Source: Laetmonice hystrix
Taxonomy: Eukaryota
Direction of reading: 5' to 3'
Assembly: GCA_965235115.1 (NCBI GenBank)
Contig: OZ249437.1
Location: 35,898,001-35,962,000, forward strand
DNA length: 64,000 nucleotides
Position 1 is the first letter of the stretch. Every line of letters starts with the position of its first letter. This document shows positions 51,622 to 60,200 of this stretch, piece by piece. A program made the translations under genes and the position numbers. The notes beneath the pieces are model-generated. The model was not told the origin of the DNA and searched no databases. It worked only from the letters and a program-made list of their open reading frames with translations.

Positions 51622-52893
51622 TTATGTCAGTGCTTCATTTAACAATCTCTTCGCAACCTCTTGGTCTTCATCAATATCCTTATTATAAAACAGGGCGAAT
51701 GACCGTACATTTCGCCATCTAGCCTGTTTCAAAATCTGTCCTATCGAAGCTCCCAATCTATGGGCCGCAGACGCTGACGCCCCTCTAGTAGAGTGGGATT
51801 TATACACCGAAATATCAATTCCCGCCATGCTAAGCACAGCTAGCGTCCACCTCGCTAAACTGTCTCTCGATATAGCCCTATGTGGCGCTCGATAACTTAA
51901 TAACAATTGACTCTCCCCTTTCCTGAATCCTCTCGTTTTTTCCAAATACTGTCTCAGTGTTCTAACCACACAGACTGTGGGACACTTGTCAAACGATTGG
52001 AGGATAATTGAGTCCAACCTATCCCCTAATCTGTTATGTTTCAGTAAACATTTCATCTTAAACACTACCTTATGCTTTGATTTAACGAGTCCATCTATAT
52101 TTAAATTTACAACGGTTTGGCCCCTCTGTGAGGTCACCAGTAACAGCAAAACTGCAAGTTTTAAGGATAGATATTTTAAGGATAAATCCTCATTGCGACC
52201 CCATTGCTTGAACAACTTAAAAACCTTTTTGACATCCCAAAAAGAAGAATAACGAGGTTTTGGCGGGTTCCTTTCATAAACCCCTTTAATTAGCCTACAC
52301 ACCAACGGGTGTTTCCCAATACCATAGCCGTCCATATCCGGTAATACAACCGCTAAAGCCGATCTGGCAGCATTCAGGGCCCCATAACCCAGGCCCCTGT
52401 CTGCTAAACCTCTAAGAAAAGCACACACTTGGGGTAAGGTTGGCTCCAACAAAGTGACTTTATATTGGCAACAGTAGGTAGCCCATTTCTTTAAATAAGT
52501 TGTGTAAAGTTTCTTGGTGGAGTTTCTCCATGATGCCATAATGAGTTCAACTGTTTTCTTATCAAAACCAGCTTTTAACAACTTTTTTCCCAAAAAAGGT
52601 ATGCCACCAAGGGGCAGCTGTGTAACTTTTCTTTGTTTCGTGGCTCCCCGTTTGGTATTAGATTGTGTGGCCTGCTTCTGAAGTACAGTCGTCGTGACGC
52701 CGCCTTCTGGACTGTTGCAAACCACGGCTGCGTCGGCCACCACGGAGTGATCAGGATTCCTCGTGTTCCGTCCGCCAACATCTTGCTGGCGACCCGGCCT
52801 ACTAGACTGAAAGGCGGAAAAATATACATAAAACCTTCTGACCAGTCTAACGTGAACGCATCTGTTTTCCATGCTTCGGGATCTGGTCTCCAT
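51622..52893 (-). CDS. DIRS tyrosine recombinase (YR), 423 aa, open
   Basis: N-terminal SAM-like helix STKKLYTTYLKKWATYC and catalytic residues R (TSQRGQ), K (LKHNR), H-x-x-R (SHSTRG), W (ARW) and Y (ALFY). The first 319 nt overlap the MT-coding frame. Confidence 0.95.
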   Translation of the reverse strand: METRSRSMENRCVHVRLVRRFYVYFSAFQSSRPGRQQDVGGRNTRNPDHSVVADAAVVCNSPEGGVTTTVLQKQATQSNTKRGATKQRKVTQLPLGGIPFLGKKLLKAGFDKKTVELIMASWRNSTKKLYTTYLKKWATYCCQYKVTLLEPTLPQVCAFLRGLADRGLGYGALNAARSALAVVLPDMDGYGIGKHPLVCRLIKGVYERNPPKPRYSSFWDVKKVFKLFKQWGRNEDLSLKYLSLKLAVLLLLVTSQRGQTVVNLNIDGLVKSKHKVVFKMKCLLKHNRLGDRLDSIILQSFDKCPTVCVVRTLRQYLEKTRGFRKGESQLLLSYRAPHRAISRDSLARWTLAVLSMAGIDISVYKSHSTRGASASAAHRLGASIGQILKQARWRNVRSFALFYNKDIDEDQEVAKRLLNEALT

Positions 52894-53759
52894 GATACAA
52901 ATTTATCTAGTTTTTTATTCAACCTTGACGCAAACAAGTCTACATCTGGCTTTCCAAAGGCCTTACATATTCTATCAAATATCTGTTTACCGATTTCCCA
53001 TTCCGTTTCGTCCATAAATTTTCGGGAATGTAAATCTGCGATCTGATTATTAATACCAGGTATGAACGCAATCGTAATCCAATTGTGTGCCTGCTCTGCC
53101 CAGTTCCAAATCTCCCGGGCTACCCAATTGCACTGAGGCGACCTTACACCGCCCATATTGTCTACATACGCTACCGCTGTGGTATTATCTGTTAACACCT
53201 TCACGTGTACCCTCGTTTCATGACACAAACTCTTCAGTCCATACAATATTGCTAGTAACTCTAAAACGTTAATGTGTTGCCGACTTTCGTCAGCTGACCA
53301 CCGGCCCCCAGTCTCCACTGAGTCCGTGTGAGCCCCCCATCCCAGCATCGAGGCATCAGTGCTGACCTCCATGGTGATTTTAGGGGGTCTTATACTTTTA
53401 ACTGCAGCTGGTAGTGCAGATAGCCACCACCTAATGTCTTCCTTTGCCCTGTCTGTGAGCACCATGGTATGATCAAAATTCCCCTTCGCCTCTCGGAGGG
53501 CCATATTTTTGTCAATCTCTAAAAATTTTATATGTGCAGCTCCGTACTGTACTCCCGAGGAATACGCTACCATCAAACCAATAAGTCCAGCTACCTCGCG
53601 TATAACCACACGTTTGCTTTGTAGGACTTGTAATGATGCTCTGCAAAATTTGTCCTTTTTATCTTGTGTAAGACTAACCGTCATCGAGGATGTGTCCAAA
53701 CTGAACCCCAGAAAGGTCAACTTCTGCGTTGGGGTCAATACTGACTTGTCAGGATGCAC
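52575..53759 (-). CDS. DIRS pol, C-terminal part: RT thumb, RNase H and DNA N6-adenine methyltransferase-like domain
   Basis: HPDKS..TFLGF; RNase H STDASMLGWG / HINVLELLAI / TDNTTAVAYV / IADLHSR; MT-like DLFASRLN...YIFPPF...PWWPTQPWF. Joined to the RT ORF across a +1 frameshift at the A8 run 53760-53767. Confidence 0.92.
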   Translation of the reverse strand: MHPDKSVLTPTQKLTFLGFSLDTSSMTVSLTQDKKDKFCRASLQVLQSKRVVIREVAGLIGLMVAYSSGVQYGAAHIKFLEIDKNMALREAKGNFDHTMVLTDRAKEDIRWWLSALPAAVKSIRPPKITMEVSTDASMLGWGAHTDSVETGGRWSADESRQHINVLELLAILYGLKSLCHETRVHVKVLTDNTTAVAYVDNMGGVRSPQCNWVAREIWNWAEQAHNWITIAFIPGINNQIADLHSRKFMDETEWEIGKQIFDRICKAFGKPDVDLFASRLNKKLDKFVSWRPDPEAWKTDAFTLDWSEGFMYIFPPFSLVGRVASKMLADGTRGILITPWWPTQPWFATVQKAASRRLYFRSRPHNLIPNGEPRNKEKLHSCPLVAYLFWEKSC

Positions 53760-54480
53760 AAAAAAAACCCAAAGTTTGAAATAAATTACACAATGAGTTT
53801 ATGGAATCCCGACATTCCTGAAAAGAATCTGCAATAACGAAAGAATCATCAATATAGGGGAAAGCCTCGTTACCTGCCTCCCTCAAATGTGCAAATGCTG
53901 GGCTCAGAATTTTCGTAAAAATCCTCGGGGCACAGGCTAGACCATTTGGCATACCTACATATTCATAAATAACATTTTCAAACCTGAACCTTAAAAACTT
54001 CCTATGTTCTTCACGTATATTCACAGTGTAATACGCGTCTGATAAATCTACTGAACCGAGCCAGGCCCCTGGTCTAATTAAGTCCAAAGCAGTCTGTAAT
54101 GAGGTCATCTTAAAATGTTCATATTGGACAAACTTATTTAAGTTAGTCAAATCCAAAATCAGTCTATGGCCCACTGGCTTGGGTCGTAGAAAAATATTCG
54201 AAATAAATTGCCCATCCAGTGGCTGTGCTGGTCTGATGACACCTTTTTTAACCAACTTGTTAAGTTCTATCCTCAGACAGTGACGTTCTGCTTCACATAT
54301 TCTAAATGGGTGCGGTTCCCTTTCCTGTACAGGCTCCCCTTCCATAAAGGGAATACGTACTCCCTGTACCATAGAAAGAATCCAGGGGTCCCTCGACAGT
54401 TTCAGCCACTCACGCACACATCTAGCAATGTTTCCTGCCTTAAACTCAAGATCAGGCAAAGCGTCAACAGAGGTACCCAC
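53749..54480 (-). CDS. DIRS pol, N-terminal part: reverse transcriptase (frame stays open upstream to about 54590 without an ATG)
   Basis: FISNIFLRPKP..RLILDLTNLNKFV..HFKM..GSVDLSDAYY..GMPNGLACAPRIFTK..YIDD. Confidence 0.93.
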   Translation of the reverse strand: MGTSVDALPDLEFKAGNIARCVREWLKLSRDPWILSMVQGVRIPFMEGEPVQEREPHPFRICEAERHCLRIELNKLVKKGVIRPAQPLDGQFISNIFLRPKPVGHRLILDLTNLNKFVQYEHFKMTSLQTALDLIRPGAWLGSVDLSDAYYTVNIREEHRKFLRFRFENVIYEYVGMPNGLACAPRIFTKILSPAFAHLREAGNEAFPYIDDSFVIADSFQECRDSINSLCNLFQTLGFFCAS

Positions 54481-54485
54481 TTGCT

Positions 54486-55778
54486 CTAATTCCGGGTCCC
54501 CTTCCGCTGAAAATCCGGACGTGGAGCCGGGGGAGCGCCTACTGCCGCAGTAGGTGGCTGCCGCTGCCTTGACCTCGCCCTGGGGTCATACTGTTGTCCT
54601 GGCTGTCGATATGCATAGTGCATGCCATATGGATAGGCTGGCCTCATGTGCTGGTACCCAAATGACCTTTGGTACGGCGCTACCCGATAGGTTGGGTATG
54701 TCACCATACCGCGTGTCCGGCCTCTCCCGGACCCTACCTGAGCAGGAAGTCTTACCTTTCCTGCCGACTGCTTCATCATCTTACCAGACAATTTCTGTGC
54801 CGCCTCACAATGTTTGGCCGCTTCCTCGATATTTCCTCCAAAAAGCCACTCCGGCGACTCCCCTGAGAATTTGCTCAACGCTTTAGCATAGACACCTTGC
54901 ATGCCCGATCTAATGTTCTCTTTCCGTTTCGACTTCAGGCCATTGCTTACCAAGGCTAACGCCTTAATGGCATCTAGTGCATTATCAGCTAGATTATCCA
55001 GTCCTGTGTCTGATTGTCCCCTGTCAATCATTAAAGCTGCTATCGGTGTTAATGCTGACAAGGCTGCAGCAACTCCCGCCTGAAGCTTTTTTATAGTAGA
55101 ATCGGTGGATCTTGCCTGTGGATTCATCCCAGTATAAATTTCCATTTCCACCTGTGGTATAGTTAAATGAGGAATGTTCTCTGGTGGAGGATACTTTGAT
55201 GCAATATCCTCTAATTCTGTCCCTCCGGGTGAAATAAAACAGTTTTCCACAATTTCCGCTAAGCTGGGGTGAACTGGTTCGCCCTTTCTGGAGGCTTCTC
55301 CTACTTTTTCTTTATTCTGTTCAATTAGCATCGCCAATTTCCCTTTCGCAAGCTGTATAGGTACTTCCCGAGTTGGAGCTGGAGAGGATTCTGCACGTGG
55401 CCTATCATCTGATGAGTAGGAACTGTGAAGGTCAGGCCCCATCCCGCCTGCTGTATCTTCCGACTCATACCCACTCCAGGTATCCCACTCCGGGAAAAGC
55501 GTCGGCATAGGCATAGGCGGCGGCGCAAAAGGTAACCCGTACTGAAACGGGTACGGAGCGTGAAAAAACTCAGATGGCTGAGTTTCTTCCATTTGTATTG
55601 GCTGTGCCTGGGTCACAGTCTGCGGCTCCTCTGCAGTACTTAGGGAGGCTGAAGCGGACGTAGTTGGTCCTTGCTCCAATTCTTCATTTTTCTTATTTCT
55701 TGTCTTCGCCTGCTTTTTCTCCTTTGTAGACCCTTCTACAGCAGTGTCTGCAACCTTTCTTCCCTCTTTCTCGGGCAT
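54486..55778 (-). CDS. DIRS gag-like ORF1 (probable start ATG 55778, MPEKEGRK...)
   Basis: Open frame of about 430 codons with an acidic/proline-rich N-terminal half, a helical core (PHLTIPQVEMEIY...KLQAGVAAALSAL) and an R/G/Y/P-rich tail. The track start at 55826 runs through a polypyrimidine splice acceptor. Confidence 0.85.
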   Translation of the reverse strand: MPEKEGRKVADTAVEGSTKEKKQAKTRNKKNEELEQGPTTSASASLSTAEEPQTVTQAQPIQMEETQPSEFFHAPYPFQYGLPFAPPPMPMPTLFPEWDTWSGYESEDTAGGMGPDLHSSYSSDDRPRAESSPAPTREVPIQLAKGKLAMLIEQNKEKVGEASRKGEPVHPSLAEIVENCFISPGGTELEDIASKYPPPENIPHLTIPQVEMEIYTGMNPQARSTDSTIKKLQAGVAAALSALTPIAALMIDRGQSDTGLDNLADNALDAIKALALVSNGLKSKRKENIRSGMQGVYAKALSKFSGESPEWLFGGNIEEAAKHCEAAQKLSGKMMKQSAGKVRLPAQVGSGRGRTRGMVTYPTYRVAPYQRSFGYQHMRPAYPYGMHYAYRQPGQQYDPRARSRQRQPPTAAVGAPPAPRPDFQRKGTRN

Positions 55779-55780
55779 AT

Positions 55781-56349
55781 CTGTCCGGAAGAAAAGAAAG
55801 GAAATAAATACTCGGCCTATAACCAAGCCAACTCAAAACCAAGTTAAAAATACCATTCGTATTAATCAATACAGAGTGTTGACAAACCCAACCGACCGTG
55901 ACGAACCACCGAACCAATTCACACCTGGGTCGGTTTGACCGGTATGGCACACGACACGGTCGTATTGAAATTGACCAACTCCTTGTCAAGACACTGTGAC
56001 TAAACCTGAGACACCCAGCGGGTGTTCTCGTCACGGCAAAAAAGATTTATTGAGTTAATAGTTTATCCCGGACCACGTCCGTCTATAAAACTCATCAAAA
56101 TGCCGTAAAGGCTTACAAATGAACGAAGGCAGCGCCAACGTTCCGTGACAAAATGCCTTACAGGCTTACATGTGAACGAAGGCAGCGCCAACGTTCCGTG
56201 ACCTATCTGAGACAACGCCAGCGGGAAGCCTCGTCACGACAAATTCTTAGGGTTTAAAACAATAAACCAGACCACGTCTGGTTAATAAACCCGTATGCCT
56301 TAATGGCTTAACTCCAAAAGGAGTAAAACTTCAACCAAGGAACACTCAC
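55781..56349 (-). other. Candidate spliceosomal intron in the DIRS 5' leader
   Basis: Donor CAG|GTGAGT at 56349. Acceptor tttatttcctttcttttcttccggacAG at 55781, 2 nt before the gag ATG. Confidence 0.7.
56108..56202. repeat. About 54-bp direct repeat inside the DIRS leader intron
   Basis: ggcttaca..tgaacgaaggcagcgccaacgttccgtgac occurs twice. Confidence 0.85.
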
Positions 56350-56821
56350 CTGTAACGCATTCAAAAACCAGCGCGAGTGCAGTTCAAACACGTCCGCCCC
56401 CGGCAAACACTACACACGAAACTGCCGTCTCCCCGCGCACGCGCTCTCCTTCTCGGATATTTCCGGAAACACGTCAGTGTTGTCCGAGGTAAAATCATAT
56501 ATATAATTGTGTGTAAAGCTGTTAAGGATGCAGCAGTATGGTACATGTTATGTTGTGAAGTTAGCAACCATCATTATGACCAACAGTATGTTATAAATCC
56601 ATATCTTCATATTTTAGTATAAAAAGACTTTAGAAGTGTCTCTGAACATCAGTCAGTGACAACCTTACTGTATATATTCCGCCAGGACAATATTTCCTAA
56701 TACCAGAAGATGTTATGACGGTCAATTGATTTATTATTTTTATTATCATTTCTTAACCATCGTGTTTGGTATCATAATAAAGGAAATAGCAGTATGAACA
56801 ATTAGAACACCATATTTTAGG

Positions 56822-57284
56822 TGTAAGTTAAATATAAAAAGAGTTACCCAATATCTGTAGGTTGATGTGGTGAGGGCAAGGTTCGTTCCGGTGGCTGGTC
56901 AGGGCTAATTAGTAAGCTCCGCCCCATTTACTACCCTAGAGTATATATACCCCCTTAGTTAGCTAGACAGAGAGACATGATAGGGAGATCCAGGGAGACA
57001 CACACAGATAGAGACATAGGCAGAGATACAGAGAGAGAGTTCTGAACCAGCCACCCACGCAGCCTGGCCATGACCATCAACCACCGTAACTCCTGGTAGA
57101 TGTTTTGCCTTTACTCGAAGTATTATGGCTGGACTATTCTAAATCTTATTTTACGTTATTTGGGTATACTACCCACTGGTATGTTCGAACCATGTCGGCA
57201 TACCCCACTTTACTTGTCTTGGCAATCGCCACCACTGTTCAGCCACCAAGACAGACATCCTAGAATAAACTACCAACAACCACA
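56822..57284 (+). mobile_element. Possible solo LTR
   Basis: TG...CA ends, TATA-like gtatatatacc (about 56941) followed by an AG-rich tract, and AATAAA about 20 nt before the end. No TSD found. Confidence 0.3.
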
Positions 57285-60200
57285 TTTTTAATCAAACCCC
57301 CAATCATTGTGTTATTTTATCAATATGCTAGCTTTCCCCCCATTAGAAAACCTCTCTTATAAGTCGCGTGGAGTTGGGTTGTGGTGCAGAGCTAATGCCA
57401 TGTTAGATCTGTCACCCACCGAACGACACGACGAAACCTCTGTGCTCCCTGCCCAATGACATTTCTAACCCGACGCGTTAAATAAATGCCAGTTACGGTA
57501 ACAGAAAGGAACAATAAACTGACCTCTCTGAGCCCGACAGTTTATTAACATACAACAGTTACTCTCATTCTCTATGTAAAATGTATGTATACGGAGTGTA
57601 CATAAATCATCCATTCCGCAATATTTGTTCTCAGCAAATCCTCGGTGAAAACACAACTTGATAGCAGTTGATATACTAGGCTTCAGATCATCGACAGAGA
57701 TATAAACTGGTTTCAGTTACATAGTACGGACATATCTCTCTAAAGGTGCTGTAAGCTTTATGGTGGAGACATCATCCCTAAGAAATGGTCCCAGACAGGC
57801 TATAACCTAGCTATGTAAACACTAAATGCGATACAACGTTTACTAAGAGGATAAAAAACCGCAGCCTCTTTCTTACTGCTCATACATCCTGGCCCTTAAT
57901 ATAAACAACTTTCACTGAACTTCACAGAGACTGTTGTATTGGTATGTAATAATAATACATTTCCAAAACTCCCATACTTCCCATCTAAGCACTCCAGTAA
58001 ACTATATCAAAATTACATCCTACAATTAACAAACAGCTTTTGTCTATCTTCTCATCATGTCTTCCCTCAAGTCAAAATATCCCAGGTGGAGACAATAGGT
58101 ACAAGGCTCTTCCTTTATCCTAGGTGCAACTGACCCAAATAGCATTCCCACAAAACACCACCTGGTGCACACCAATTTTCTCATGGTCACAGCCCGACCA
58201 CTGCCACTCATGCCTCTGCGCCTATGCTAAACCTAATGACTCTTCCCTTGCGATGACCATCATGTATTCTTTTTGTGTCAAACATAAACAGTGAATACGA
58301 CATTAATAATTCAGGAAATTGAACCAGTTTTTCCTGCTTTTAAATGCATCACTTGATCATAATGGGTCACGTGCAGGTCACCTAAAATGGGCAATTTGTC
58401 TTCTATTGTCCTTCGTTGTACAAACTCTGCCATATAGAGAGACGACCGCCCTGTAAGTGGGGTTAAGACCCTTTCTAAGATTCTTTGCAGGTATATCACC
58501 CCAGACGGGGTATAAACCAACTGGGTTATCATGTACCATAAAACTAAAGCCTTTCCTGTCAGTTCAGGGTCAGGTTCACACGAAGGTACTCAGAGCTCGC
58601 CAACACACAATGGGAACTGAAAGCAAGGTGTTTACAAGTTGACCATTATAATGTAGGACTGATCCATTATTTGGACACCGTAGACGCCCATCATGATCCC
58701 AAAGTACTATAACTGATGCTATAGGCCGAATCCGTATGAAGCTGTGGTGCTTCCAGTCTATCCCTTGACATTCACCCTGGGATGTCTGTCTGAGAGCTCC
58801 CTAGTTGGAGATAATGAAGGACAAACCTTGGCACTCCCGTTCAGAGATACCTACCATACAGCTCTGCCTCTGCTAAAAATGGACCTTCTGTTGTAAGCAG
58901 AGATCGCACAGCGTGTATTTCTCAATGAGATGAAATCGACCGCTAAAAGGTGACGCACACAGTACAGAGCTCCAACGTGCGGCGATGAGGACTTCAATAT
59001 GTTGTTTATGTACAAACCGTCAAGTTGAAAGTTACATTCCGACAGAAAGTTCATGTCTCCACGCCGTCAATTAGTGGTTAACCACAATCGTTCACTCTAC
59101 CATTCACAGGCTGTTCCTAACCACTCACTGACCATTACTGACCATTACAGAATATTTCAGAAGAATGTTGGACACATCACGGTAGGACGTACATCATATC
59201 ACAGGGTTCGGTTGTCACAACGTAATGGTGAAGTTAAACGGAAATATACATAGTAATCACATTTGGTGATGTCTCAAAGGTGTTCAGAGAAAATTATTTT
59301 AAGACTATGATTTTCTCAAATTATAATTTTAAAAAACTGTCAGTTCATGTTCCCTCCAATTTCAATTTCAACGTGTTCGTTAATAGCTGCATTGCCTAAG
59401 GCAGAGAGCTTGTCACAATCAAGGGAGGTAAAAAATTTCCATCTGAAACTTTTTTCACATTAAGTGTGAATGCCAGTTTGGCATCGGCTGGACTGTGATG
59501 ACGGGATGAGCGCTGGCGCTTGGAGGCACAGACAGGCTGTTATAACATGACAGCTGCCTGTAGGGCCCCACGTGGCACAACATATTTAGTGTTTGTAAAT
59601 CTATGGGTGAACAGACTGACCTCTGGCGTTATGATACATGAGCACGAAAAACAAAAACAACGGAAAATTCTCATGAATAATTAGACATGATCACGAGTCC
59701 CTCTATAAGTATTACCAACATTTCACAATGACAGTGACATGATTCAACATTCCTTTGTTGTGATATTTATATAAGGAAGGGTTCTGAGTAAAAAGAAATG
59801 AGCAAAAATCATAAAATGGCTTATGATGGAGGCAAAAGTTCATCCAATTTCAAGGCACTTCATTAATTCACATATGAGTGACTACACTCACAATATAGGA
59901 ATGACTGGAATGACTGAAAAACTCAACAAAGCGGGTTTATGGAGGGTTGACGACTGGGAACACGTCTCCCTGGATCAGTGAATGTTAGATGTTAGAGAAT
60001 GTCGGAGCTGAGACAGAGCCCCCCACCCCACCCACCCACCACCACCACCACCCCCACTGGTCATAGTTACAGTTCTACATGCCGTCCACACCTGAGCTGT
60101 TTCCCTGGTCTTTACTCTGGTCATACATTCCGGGGATAGGAAGAAAATCTTCATCGATTCTCATCACGAGTTGGCTGTTGATGTAAACGGGAGAACATAC

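Larger units (their letters stand above)
51166..56495 (-). mobile_element. Full-length DIRS1-like tyrosine-recombinase retrotransposon (about 5.3 kb)
   Basis: gag, RT, RNase H+MT and YR ORFs on the minus strand. Non-identical ITRs (56422-56495 vs 51215-51287), a 3' terminal extension (51166-51214) and an ICR (51405-51539). No TSD; AT-rich junctions. Confidence 0.97.

Noticed and set aside
51977-54886. Plus-strand ORFs inside the DIRS element (51977, 52633, 53087, 53509, 54208, 54554)
   Set aside because: Antisense shadows of YR, pol and gag with no independent motifs.
55779-55826. Track start for gag at 55826 (MVIGRVFISFLFFRTD)
   Set aside because: This is the translated polypyrimidine tract of a splice acceptor, and it starts at a TTG. 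The ATG at 55778 is preferred.
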